From IMG/VR virus record IMGVR_UViG_3300025387_000009: a stretch of 64,000 bases of DNA; one strand, written 5' to 3'. The notes under the pieces were generated by a model that was not told the DNA's origin, did not search any database, and saw nothing but the letters and a program-made list of their open reading frames with translations. Made by a program: the position numbers and the translations under genes. Shown in pieces: positions 40,290-48,344 of this stretch. The stretch comes from a virus (lineage: Duplodnaviria > Caudoviricetes). Each line of letters starts with the position of its first letter. Position 1 is the first letter of the stretch.

Positions 40290-40487
40290 ATGAAAGTCAA
40301 CAGACTTCTGTTTAAGACAATTAGAATCTGGAGAGATATCCAGTTTTATTTTTGGCTTACTTTTTACTATGCTATTCATCTTCCTGAGATAGTGTATCTA
40401 TATCTTTATATCGAGTTTCTTTATATGAAGCTAATGTTCATATCCTTCTGCCAATTTATTAAGGATGTATTATTTCCTGATGAATAG
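40290..40487 (+). CDS. Small hydrophobic protein
   Basis: Aromatic-rich hydrophobic 65-aa ORF. Confidence 0.45.
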   Translation: MKVNRLLFKTIRIWRDIQFYFWLTFYYAIHLPEIVYLYLYIEFLYMKLMFISFCQFIKDVLFPDE

Positions 40488-40584
40488 TGAACAAGTATTA
40501 ATTGAAACTATAAGATGGATGGTTCCATTATCGGTAATAATTTATTTAATTTTTGCCTATAAAAGCGATAACAAAGATCCATAA
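40480..40584 (+). CDS. Small single-pass membrane protein (34 aa), absent from the ORF track
   Basis: MNSEQVLIETIRWMVPLSVIIYLIFAYKSDNKDP. Confidence 0.45.
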   Translation: MNSEQVLIETIRWMVPLSVIIYLIFAYKSDNKDP

Positions 40585-40592
40585 ATATTAGT

Positions 40593-40820
40593 ATGACTAT
40601 GATGCTTCCACCAGACCACAACCATGCACCGAAGCCAGACCACAACCATGAAACATGGGCTGCGTTTTATAAAAATGATGAAGAGGCGCAAGCTGCTTTA
40701 AAAAAAGCAACCGATAAAATATCAGAAACTCATCTAATAGTAAGTGCAAAGGTTACATTCACTACAAAATATCATGATGGAAATATCTATAAAATAGATA
40801 TAGTTAAGGCTAAAAAGTAA
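40593..40820 (+). CDS. Hypothetical protein
   Basis: TAAATA at 40582-40587 and a duplicated PDHNH motif. Confidence 0.6.
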   Translation: MTMMLPPDHNHAPKPDHNHETWAAFYKNDEEAQAALKKATDKISETHLIVSAKVTFTTKYHDGNIYKIDIVKAKK

Positions 40821-40854
40821 TTGCTTTATAATAAAGCCATACTAAAGTATTAGT

Positions 40855-41157
40855 ATGGACGAGTACATCGATGATGACTTTGAGGAAAAGAAGTGGAAGA
40901 AGAAACAAGGAAGGAAAAAGAAGCTCGTAACCAATCCGAAAGGTCCTTTCCATTTCGACATGACTTTCAAAGGTATTGAATACGATATAGTTATAGAAAA
41001 TATAACCTACGATAAGTTTAAAGTCTGTGCAATTTGTAAAGAAGAAGAGGAAAAAAATATAGAAGAAATAGAATCGGAGATGTTAATTCTTCAAAGATAT
41101 TTGGAAGACGAAGGGTTTTTTCTTGCCGCTCGTAAACATAACTTGTATTATAATTGA
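40855..41157 (+). CDS. Hypothetical protein
   Basis: 100-aa ORF with a promoter-like AT-rich upstream region. Confidence 0.6.
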   Translation: MDEYIDDDFEEKKWKKKQGRKKKLVTNPKGPFHFDMTFKGIEYDIVIENITYDKFKVCAICKEEEEKNIEEIESEMLILQRYLEDEGFFLAARKHNLYYN

Positions 41158-41158
41158 T

Positions 41159-41386
41159 ATGACCGTAGAAGAAGAAAGAGATTATTGGAAAGATCTTGTT
41201 AAAGAATTAACCGATAGTATGGATAAAACTGCATTAAAATACTTTCGATTACTTAATCGTGCTGAAGAACTTTATAAAAATCTCGACTTGTATCAAACAG
41301 AGAATCCATTTGCGAATGATTCAATTGCTTATAAGGAAGCACAAATCGCACTACTGAAATTCGAAATTTATAAAAAAGAAAACTAA
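41159..41386 (+). CDS. Hypothetical helical protein
   Basis: Start moved to the ATG at 41159 (MTVEEERDYW). Confidence 0.6.
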   Translation: MTVEEERDYWKDLVKELTDSMDKTALKYFRLLNRAEELYKNLDLYQTENPFANDSIAYKEAQIALLKFEIYKKEN

Positions 41387-41394
41387 ATATCTAT

Positions 41395-41670
41395 GTGCCA
41401 CTTAATAGATTAATAATAGAAACATGTGGATTCCTAATGACAAGCATTTGGTTTCTATGTTATCTACCGCAAATTTATAAAACTTATAAAACAAAAAGAG
41501 CACAAGATGTTTCTCTGATAATGGTTTACATGACCTTACTTGGTTATGTATTTGGAATGGTATATTTATTGGGAACTTATTTTAGCATGTGGGTTTTCAT
41601 AAACTATTGTAGTGGAATCATTAACATGATGGTTATGCTTTATTTCTGTTACAAATATAAAAAGGATTGA
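41395..41670 (+). CDS. PQ-loop / SemiSWEET-like three-helix membrane protein
   Basis: LCYLPQIYKTYKTKRAQDVS motif and three hydrophobic segments. Confidence 0.8.
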   Translation: MPLNRLIIETCGFLMTSIWFLCYLPQIYKTYKTKRAQDVSLIMVYMTLLGYVFGMVYLLGTYFSMWVFINYCSGIINMMVMLYFCYKYKKD

Positions 41671-41694
41671 CAAGACTTATAATATCTGTATAAT
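41667..41694 (+). promoter_or_regulatory. sigma70-like promoter with extended -10, leaderless transcript
   Basis: TTGACA (41667)-16-TATAAT (41689) preceded by TG. The ATG lies 6 nt downstream. Confidence 0.75.
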
Positions 41695-41700
41695 GTATTA

Positions 41701-42765
41701 ATGGAGAAAGTCTTATCAGTTTGTGTTGACATAGACGATGCATTGCTTGAAGCATGCAAACCATTTGATTATACTTTTAATGGCACGAGTGAATTTACTC
41801 TACCGAAGTTCGATGCACCAAAGAGAGATGACTCTTGGAATATAGGATTAATTGTAGGAGCTTCTGGTAGTGGTAAGACTCAGCTTTTAAAGCAGCATTT
41901 TGGAATTACCGAAGAGTTGGAATGGAATCCTAATAAGGCAATCGTATCCCAAATGGGAGAACAAGCAATAGAAAGACTATCAAGCACAGGATTAAATTCT
42001 GTACCTTCTTGGTGCAAACCTTACCATGTATTGAGTAATGGGGAGCAATTTAGGGCAAGGATAGCTCGTATGCTTAATAGCAATACAAGCTTTGATGAGT
42101 TTACCAGCGTTGTGGATCGAACTGTTGCCAAGAGTGCATCAGTTGCCATTCAAAGATATATTCGCCAACAAGACATGAAGGGGGTGGTATTCGCTACTTG
42201 TCACAGAGACATTATCGAATGGTTGCAACCTGATTGGGTTTACGATACTCTTGACGAGTCCTGTAAGCCAAGGGGGTTACTTTGTCCAAGACCAAATATT
42301 ACAATCGACATCCAGCCTTGCTCTAAAGAATACTGGCAAATTTTCAAAAAGCATCACTATCTAAGTGGCGACCTAAACAATGCTTCAAGATGTTTTCTTG
42401 GTACATGGAATAATGAACCTATAGTTTTCGGAGCGGCTATCACAATGCCAAGCGGATCAATAAAGAATGCATGGAGAGGACATAGAACCGTTGTCATGCC
42501 TGACTATCAAGGTTTAGGTATCGGTGTGCGTTTTAGCGATGCCATTGCCCAGATGTTTATCGACAATGGTTATCGTTATTTCTCTCGTACTGCTCATCCA
42601 AGAATGGGTTCATATAGGATGCTTTCCTCTAAATGGAAACCAACCAGTAAGAATAGAGTCAGAAGAAAAGATTACGAAAAGAGAAGGGCAAAGGGAATTC
42701 CCACCTACAACAATTATGTGATCGATCCAAGGAGAGAATGTTTCTCTCATGAATACATTGGTTAA
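41701..42765 (+). CDS. ABC-type ATPase fused to a GNAT acetyltransferase
   Basis: Walker A GASGSGKT, signature LSNGEQFR, Walker B FDEFTS, H-loop ATCH, then the GNAT acetyl-CoA motif RTVVMPDYQGLGIG. Confidence 0.85.
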   Translation: MEKVLSVCVDIDDALLEACKPFDYTFNGTSEFTLPKFDAPKRDDSWNIGLIVGASGSGKTQLLKQHFGITEELEWNPNKAIVSQMGEQAIERLSSTGLNSVPSWCKPYHVLSNGEQFRARIARMLNSNTSFDEFTSVVDRTVAKSASVAIQRYIRQQDMKGVVFATCHRDIIEWLQPDWVYDTLDESCKPRGLLCPRPNITIDIQPCSKEYWQIFKKHHYLSGDLNNASRCFLGTWNNEPIVFGAAITMPSGSIKNAWRGHRTVVMPDYQGLGIGVRFSDAIAQMFIDNGYRYFSRTAHPRMGSYRMLSSKWKPTSKNRVRRKDYEKRRAKGIPTYNNYVIDPRRECFSHEYIG

Positions 42766-42926
42766 TAATCCAAGGGGCGCAATTCCAATAAAATTAATTC
42801 ACCATCAGGGTAAGTTTCCCTTAATTTTTCTTTGGCGATAGAGCTATGGTGAGCCACAATTCGTAACATTTTAACGTGATTGTGATGTTTGTATTCAAAG
42901 AAATATTCAAATAATCTATCGGTCAC
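42762..42926 (-). CDS. Small hypothetical protein (54 aa), absent from the ORF track
   Basis: GTG start, MTDRLFEYFFEYKHHNHVKMLRIVAHHSSIAKEKLRETYPDGELILLELRPLDY. TAAATA box 5 nt upstream. Confidence 0.55.
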   Translation of the reverse strand: MTDRLFEYFFEYKHHNHVKMLRIVAHHSSIAKEKLRETYPDGELILLELRPLDY

Positions 42927-43112
42927 GCTTATATTTATCTAAAAAATACCCGAATAAATACCAGAAAATACCCAAAAAAAGTGGGAAAAAGTGGGAAAAA
43001 ATGGGGGGGTTTCCCAAAAAAACGCTAAAAATTTATTATTTTTTAAATTTCTACAGAGAAAAATAAAAAAATATCTTTAATATGGCACTTTAGTTGAGTA
43101 AATATAAATACT

Positions 43113-43436
43113 ATGGCAAATAAAGACCAAAAAAGTTTAGAATCAATCTACAGCAAAATTCTTCTTAGAGAGAATTTTGGAGCGACTCCAAACGAAACCG
43201 ATGAGACTCCTGACGAAGCACCAACCTCATATAGTGTTTCCGGTGATCATGACAAGAAGGAAGCTCTCGCAGATATTTTCAGACAACATAATCTTCCTGC
43301 TTCCGAAGATGCTATTGATGCAATCTTAGCAGAGTTCGGTTTAGGTGGCGAAGCAGAGGAAGAGGCTAATTCCAGTGACTTTTTAAGTCCAATGGCTGAT
43401 GCCGATGCTGCTAAAGATTACGACGAAGAACTCTAA
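43113..43436 (+). CDS. Acidic protein, probable internal head protein
   Basis: TAAATA/TATAAATA at 43099-43110 and an N-terminal NKDQKSLESIYSKI leader. Confidence 0.6.
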   Translation: MANKDQKSLESIYSKILLRENFGATPNETDETPDEAPTSYSVSGDHDKKEALADIFRQHNLPASEDAIDAILAEFGLGGEAEEEANSSDFLSPMADADAAKDYDEEL

Positions 43437-43609
43437 GAAGAGTAGCGCATCACTGCATGGGAAGTGTAAACTTTCCCATTGTATTTAAATTCATAGACAT
43501 CGTAACCGAATAGGTCTTCTGATATGTCTATGAATTCTGTTTTAGAAGCAGGAACCCATTCACCTTTCACAAGGTAATGATGTTCTGTCTTTCCGTATTT
43601 GTCTTCCAT
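43433..43609 (-). CDS. Small hypothetical protein (58 aa), absent from the ORF track
   Basis: MEDKYGKTEHHYLVKGEWVPASKTEFIDISEDLFGYDVYEFKYNGKVYTSHAVMRYSS. It abuts the upstream gene. Confidence 0.6.
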   Translation of the reverse strand: MEDKYGKTEHHYLVKGEWVPASKTEFIDISEDLFGYDVYEFKYNGKVYTSHAVMRYSS

Positions 43610-43610
43610 A

Positions 43611-43913
43611 CTACGGCTTGTATAAAAAGCTAGGGGTTGTTTCTCCTACGTATGCTCCAACCATATTAAATTCGTACCATTCCTGTGCTTCATGGCTGGT
43701 CATACCCTGTTTCATAAGTTTCTTTAGAACCTTATCGACATCGTAGATGAGATGGTTAGGCTGACGGAGTCTTTCGACTACACCAACGATACAGTCATCA
43801 TAACCATCCATCTTCAATGCATCATCAGCGATGCATTCAATTAGCTGCTGGAGTTTCCTGTTCAATGATATTAGGAGTTGCAACAGCTGGCGTGTGCTTA
43901 AAGATATCCTCAT
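43611..43913 (-). CDS. Conserved phage hypothetical protein; start uncertain
   Basis: DGYDDCIVG...YDVDKV...M...EA.EWYEFN.VGAYVGETTP.F pattern common in phages. The start may be later, at TTG 43817 or ATG 43811. Confidence 0.6.
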   Translation of the reverse strand: MRISLSTRQLLQLLISLNRKLQQLIECIADDALKMDGYDDCIVGVVERLRQPNHLIYDVDKVLKKLMKQGMTSHEAQEWYEFNMVGAYVGETTPSFLYKP

Positions 43914-44193
43914 ACTTTTGAATGAACTGAGGATGAAATTCAATATACTCACCATACCACTTTAGGCTCGTCGTGTAGAAGTTAAAATGAACTCCTTCCT
44001 TGATTGCCTTCTGACTCAGGAAACCATCATACATTACAGGGACTACTGCAATACTGACGTTACCATCCTTGTCTCTTGGGTAGGCGATGCCTACTGGGTT
44101 TTTGATCACGAGGTGATCGGTTCTATCTGCGACAAGCTCTCCAACGTACATTGAATTTTCCTTGTCGATTATTGTTACTAGTTTTTTGCTCAT
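43837..44193 (-). CDS. Hypothetical protein, possibly SH3/Sm-like beta fold
   Basis: 118-aa ORF, YVGELVAD..DHLVIKNP. Confidence 0.6.
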   Translation of the reverse strand: MSKKLVTIIDKENSMYVGELVADRTDHLVIKNPVGIAYPRDKDGNVSIAVVPVMYDGFLSQKAIKEGVHFNFYTTSLKWYGEYIEFHPQFIQKYEDIFKHTPAVATPNIIEQETPAAN

Positions 44194-44198
44194 AAATT

Positions 44199-44717
44199 TT
44201 AGTTATTCTGAAGTTTAAAGGGGCTTACAATAATGCGAGGTTCGATATAAACTGGCTTCACGTTATTACTATTAGGATCTTTTAGAAGAACCCAAGTACC
44301 ATCACAGCTTGCAGGGGAATACAAACCATTGGGATCAGCCTGTGGAATAGTTACATTACCCTGTTCATATGTTTCATAAGACTTTGCTGGTCTCATTGGA
44401 CTAGTATATTGGGTGGCATAAGGAATACCATAACCAATCGACTCCCCAAGGAAGATAAGCTTACCAGTATTCTCTGCTACGATATAGGTATAGGTAGTAA
44501 GACCATCCTGATCTCGCATCTCAAGAATATCCTTGAGAAGTTTCTTCTCACGAAAGTTCTTGATTGCTGGCATACCAACTTCAGATGCACATTCTTTTAG
44601 GATTTCTTCTTGTCTACGATTCTGAACCTGATCACTCGTTGTACGTATGGTAGTATCACAACCAGTGATTGCAATTGTTGCTACTGTGGCAATAATTAGG
44701 ATTAGTTTGTTTTTCAT
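44199..44717 (-). CDS. Lipoprotein
   Basis: Signal peptide with lipobox IAITG-C, and the motifs SIGYGIPYATQYTSP and PQADPNGLY. Confidence 0.75.
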   Translation of the reverse strand: MKNKLILIIATVATIAITGCDTTIRTTSDQVQNRRQEEILKECASEVGMPAIKNFREKKLLKDILEMRDQDGLTTYTYIVAENTGKLIFLGESIGYGIPYATQYTSPMRPAKSYETYEQGNVTIPQADPNGLYSPASCDGTWVLLKDPNSNNVKPVYIEPRIIVSPFKLQNN

Positions 44718-44735
44718 GTTTGTTTTATTTTGTTT

Positions 44736-44981
44736 TTATGCTGAAAGGTGCTTTTCTAGTGTTACTTTACCATAATATGGTTTGAATTGACTACTCCACT
44801 TGTCTAGATGCATTCCAATTTCATTTGGAAATTTACTGTATAACAATGTGCCAGTATAACCAAGACCACCATGACCTGTATTTGTTGCTAAAATAACCAT
44901 TCCCTCATCATTGACCATCAAAGTTGGAAATTCCAATGTGTTTATGTTATTGTCTTCTATTTTTGTTGATTTTATATTCAT
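44736..44981 (-). CDS. Hypothetical protein
   Basis: 81-aa ORF coupled to the upstream gene. Confidence 0.6.
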   Translation of the reverse strand: MNIKSTKIEDNNINTLEFPTLMVNDEGMVILATNTGHGGLGYTGTLLYSKFPNEIGMHLDKWSSQFKPYYGKVTLEKHLSA

Positions 44982-45328
44982 TAGTATTTGTGGGTTTGGT
45001 TATTCTTAAGCGTCTGGATAAAACTATACAGATCAGGAGGCAGTTTGTCAATATCATAATCAGCGGCACGATGGAGAATGATACCTGCAAGTGCCGCCTG
45101 ATGATCCTTATCAGTCTGTAGATACTGAAACTGCATGTTCTGGAGTTCTTGAATCATTCCTTGGTTATATGCCTTGGATTGCTCAAAGACTTGACGACGA
45201 ACTGCTTCCTGCTTTGGAGCAAAGTATTTGTACAGGAAGAAATCGTTTCCTGTAAAAACCCAGCTTAAACCAAGCACGATTACAATGATTGTGAGGAACG
45301 ATAGGAATGCGGTGAATATGTCTCTCAT
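44981..45328 (-). CDS. Membrane-anchored hypothetical protein
   Basis: N-terminal transmembrane segment, then FAPKQEAVRRQVFEQSKAYNQGM. TTGACT-17-TATACT promoter at 45369-45341. Confidence 0.7.
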   Translation of the reverse strand: MRDIFTAFLSFLTIIVIVLGLSWVFTGNDFFLYKYFAPKQEAVRRQVFEQSKAYNQGMIQELQNMQFQYLQTDKDHQAALAGIILHRAADYDIDKLPPDLYSFIQTLKNNQTHKY

Positions 45329-45371
45329 AATTGTTTATACAGTATAGGGTATTTTGAATATGAAGTCAACC

Positions 45372-45704
45372 TTAAATTCCAAGTTTCTTCATTAATTCCA
45401 TTACCTTTGGTTTAAAGTCTTCCTTGCATTCAAAGTTGATTGTCTTCTCTTTCATGACAACAACTCTTTCAGGAAGCAAGGGATCAATAGCCTTCATCAT
45501 AGAGACATATTCGCTCACATTGGTTTGCTTTACTTCTAGTCTCTTATTGATTCTTTCCTTACATTCGTCCGATGGAAGCACAACATTACTTTTGACATTG
45601 GTTCCACAATCCCATGTGATAGGATTAGATCCATCAAGAGTACCTTCAGCAGTTCCACTTACCAGAACGCTTCTACAGAATGGACATTTATGATGACTAC
45701 TCAT
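45372..45704 (-). CDS. Hypothetical protein with an N-terminal CPFC zinc-ribbon-like motif
   Basis: CPFC...WDCGT...C. Confidence 0.55.
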   Translation of the reverse strand: MSSHHKCPFCRSVLVSGTAEGTLDGSNPITWDCGTNVKSNVVLPSDECKERINKRLEVKQTNVSEYVSMMKAIDPLLPERVVVMKEKTINFECKEDFKPKVMELMKKLGI

Positions 45705-45870
45705 CGTTCTTCTTATCTTCTTTTACTCCTGAAATAGAGCAATGAGACAGAACGGCAGAGATCAAGAACCATCCCCAACCTGTTATACCATGAATTGCCA
45801 TGTATCCTGCAATCAGAGCACAGGTAATGGAGAACAAATTAAGAGTAGATATAATGAGTGCTGTTTTCAT
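45697..45870 (-). CDS. Small two-helix membrane protein
   Basis: Start moved to the ATG at 45870 (MKTALIIS). Two hydrophobic segments. Confidence 0.6.
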   Translation of the reverse strand: MKTALIISTLNLFSITCALIAGYMAIHGITGWGWFLISAVLSHCSISGVKEDKKNDE

Positions 45871-45886
45871 GAATGAACCAATAGTC

Positions 45887-46384
45887 TTAATAGGGCAGGG
45901 CATTGGGTGCAGGAGTGTAAACAGTTGGAGGAGGAGCAACTGCAACAGGAGGAGCCGAGATGAGACCAAGAGTTAGTACAGAGGCAATACCAAACAATGC
46001 CCATCCCAAACCATTGGGAATTGCCGTACCGCACCATCCTCCGCCACAATAGCCTCCACCGTAGTAACCGCCACCATAGTAACCTCCGCCGCAATATCCA
46101 CCCCTGTAGTAGCCTCCGCCCCCACAGTATCCACTTGCGTATCCTGCATTGTAGGCTCTGACGTAGGCTCTGTTATAGGCGCATGCACTTCCTGCATAGC
46201 CTCGATTGTAAAAGCCACCATTGTAGCTTCCAGAGTAGGTATTACCACGAGGCGTTGTTACACTATAAGAGCCTCCACCGCCTGATGCATAGCCACCATG
46301 ACTACCAGAAGCAGTCCATGCTTGGGAATTGGTTGCAAGAGCAGTCACAGTGAGGAGTGTTACCAATGTTGTTTTAATTTTCAT
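45887..46384 (-). CDS. Secreted or membrane Gly/Tyr-rich low-complexity protein
   Basis: Signal peptide, GGYYGG/GGYCGG repeats, a C-terminal hydrophobic helix and a Pro-rich tail. Confidence 0.7.
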   Translation of the reverse strand: MKIKTTLVTLLTVTALATNSQAWTASGSHGGYASGGGGSYSVTTPRGNTYSGSYNGGFYNRGYAGSACAYNRAYVRAYNAGYASGYCGGGGYYRGGYCGGGYYGGGYYGGGYCGGGWCGTAIPNGLGWALFGIASVLTLGLISAPPVAVAPPPTVYTPAPNALPY

Positions 46385-46574
46385 AGGTTCTTACCTTAAC
46401 AGATTTATTTTTGCGTGTCAACTTCTTTTTAAAGGGTTTTCTTTCCTTTGGGAGTTTGAGAACTTCTCTTCTATAGTTTTGATACCACAGCAAGTCTTGC
46501 TTTGAGCAATTGTCGTTACGGATATCTACTGCACTGGCATGTTCAATCTTCTGTGTTAATTTTGTGGGTGTCAT
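46374..46574 (-). CDS. Small basic hypothetical protein
   Basis: 66-aa ORF overlapping both neighbours. Confidence 0.45.
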   Translation of the reverse strand: MTPTKLTQKIEHASAVDIRNDNCSKQDLLWYQNYRREVLKLPKERKPFKKKLTRKNKSVKVRTYEN

Positions 46575-46839
46575 AAATCATTGTCTCGTCTAGGTTCTTT
46601 TTAAAGTGTTTCAAAAAGCTTTTGACAAATTTTATCTGATCCTTTTCTTCTCTTCTGTCAATGACAACTTGGGCAAGAACGCCAAGAATAGTTGCAAGGG
46701 TATCGGGTTGCATGTGCTCAGCGTAGGCAAGAAACATATCGGAAGGATACATTCTGAACTTGAGCATCCCCTTTTGGGCATCGACTATCTCTGCACTTAT
46801 TTCCATAAGATGCACATAGTTCTGGTTTTCTTCTTCCAT
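46543..46839 (-). CDS. Hypothetical protein
   Basis: 98-aa ORF in the minus-strand operon. Confidence 0.6.
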   Translation of the reverse strand: MEEENQNYVHLMEISAEIVDAQKGMLKFRMYPSDMFLAYAEHMQPDTLATILGVLAQVVIDRREEKDQIKFVKSFLKHFKKNLDETMIYDTHKINTED

Positions 46840-46842
46840 GTT

Positions 46843-47148
46843 TTAGGAATTAATGAGGTTAAGGATGGTTTGCTTACTCTGGATACCAAAGAGGCGACTT
46901 ACTTCCACACCGTTTTTAAAGAGAACAAGCGTGGGAAGCTTTTGAATACTATATTTTGTGGCAGAGGAAGGATTAGAATCAATATCAATTTTAGCAACCT
47001 TAACGTTAATAGATTCGTCCTTGTCGATCTCGTCCAGAAGAGGGGCGAGCATTTTGCACGGACCGCACCACGCAGCCCAGAAATCTACGATGATTGTATC
47101 AAATTTGTTGATGATTTCTTCAATGTCACTGTCATTTAGGTTTGTCAT
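46843..47148 (-). CDS. trxA: Thioredoxin
   Basis: VDFWAAWCGPCK active site, cis-Pro region IQKLPT. TTGACA-17-TACTAT promoter at 47186-47158. Confidence 0.95.
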   Translation of the reverse strand: MTNLNDSDIEEIINKFDTIIVDFWAAWCGPCKMLAPLLDEIDKDESINVKVAKIDIDSNPSSATKYSIQKLPTLVLFKNGVEVSRLFGIQSKQTILNLINS

Positions 47149-47193
47149 ATCTCTCTAATAGTAGAGGCAAACCAAAGAGATGTCAAATTTTAT

Positions 47194-47934
47194 TTAATTT
47201 TTAAATGTCTGCATGAGAGAATCAAGCTGATCGAGACTTAACCCAAGAGGATTAACTCCCTTTGCATTGATCCAATCTGGGGAAGTCATGGCAAATGCTT
47301 GGTCTACAAAAGCATCCCAGAAATTCCATGTCATAGTGTAATATTTCCCCCAAGAGATAACCTTAACACCATTGTCATCATATCCTGCAATAATAACGGC
47401 ATGACCACCCTCATATTGTTTATCCCAAGAAGGATTAATATCCCACACAGGAGGAGCATCTCCATCAGGAGGTAAGATGTAAGAAGGCACAGAGAAACCC
47501 AAATAGACTACACCACAATCATAGACTGCACTTTTAATGTGATCATGATTCTGCTCGTTTAACTGAACAAAGGCAGCAATCTTTTGAACTTTACCATCAC
47601 TTGTAGTTGCCCCCTGACTTAAAAGATAATCCAAGACATGATTTTCATTTCCCCCTTGATCAGTACTACTATCGCCATCAACATAACCATCTGCCTTTTC
47701 ATAGAGAAGCTTTACGTCATTATCAGAATAGGTTACCATATTGCCACAGTTAAATGTCCAAACCTGAATGGCATGAAAGAAAGCAGCACAGGTGCAATCC
47801 CCCAAACGATCATTAAGCATAACGCCTAAATCAGAAGGCATACCAACAGTATAGTCAACCGAAGAAGGAAAAGAATTTAAGGTGACTCCCAAATTATCCA
47901 ACTTGGGCGCAGGAGTAGAAGGTGTAGTGGTCAT
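47194..47934 (-). CDS. Papain-like (C1/CA-clan) cysteine peptidase
   Basis: Catalytic motifs GDCTCAA, GGHAVIIAGYD and ISWG. TAAATA box 9 nt upstream. Confidence 0.75.
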   Translation of the reverse strand: MTTTPSTPAPKLDNLGVTLNSFPSSVDYTVGMPSDLGVMLNDRLGDCTCAAFFHAIQVWTFNCGNMVTYSDNDVKLLYEKADGYVDGDSSTDQGGNENHVLDYLLSQGATTSDGKVQKIAAFVQLNEQNHDHIKSAVYDCGVVYLGFSVPSYILPPDGDAPPVWDINPSWDKQYEGGHAVIIAGYDDNGVKVISWGKYYTMTWNFWDAFVDQAFAMTSPDWINAKGVNPLGLSLDQLDSLMQTFKN

Positions 47935-47977
47935 AGGTAATAATATTTACCCAAAAGACAACTCCGATTTAATAGCG

Positions 47978-48017
47978 CACCGTGAAATAATACAACACTA
48001 TTTTCTATTACCACAAC
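47978..48017. repeat. 18-bp-periodic ATACAACACCGTGT element, degenerate copy A
   Basis: caccgtgaaataatacaacactattttctattaccacaac. Confidence 0.6.
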
Positions 48018-48074
48018 TCCACATTACATAACACTATTTGCAAACTTATGAGCACCTAATAAATAAAACTATCT

Positions 48075-48293
48075 ATGACAAGCGAAGAAATAAGAGACCA
48101 AGAAAAACAAAACAAGCTAGAAGAAATAAGAAAAGAAATCATTAACATGCAAGCAGAAACCATATCACTTAAAAGCCAAGCAGATAAACTCATAGGAGAA
48201 GCACAAGAACTCTCAGCAAGAAGATTAGACAAACTAGAGAAGATGCAAATCTTGGCAAGGCAATACGACAGTATAAAGAAAGGACAAGTGTGA
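48075..48293 (+). CDS. Small coiled-coil protein
   Basis: Charged heptad-like 72-aa ORF with TAAATA at 48060-48065. Confidence 0.65.
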   Translation: MTSEEIRDQEKQNKLEEIRKEIINMQAETISLKSQADKLIGEAQELSARRLDKLEKMQILARQYDSIKKGQV

Positions 48294-48296
48294 TTT

Positions 48297-48344
48297 AATA
48301 CAACACCGTGTAAAAATACAACATGGTGCTGTATTACCGCAAGT
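48297..48344. repeat. 18-bp-periodic ATACAACACCGTGT element, copy B
   Basis: Units start at 48298 and 48316 and are followed by TATTACCGCAAGT. Confidence 0.8.

Noticed and set aside
43457-43479. Terminator hairpin ATGGGAAG/CTTTCCCAT
   Set aside because: It lies inside the 43433-43609 coding frame and has only a weak T-run. It could terminate the 43113 gene, but support is insufficient.
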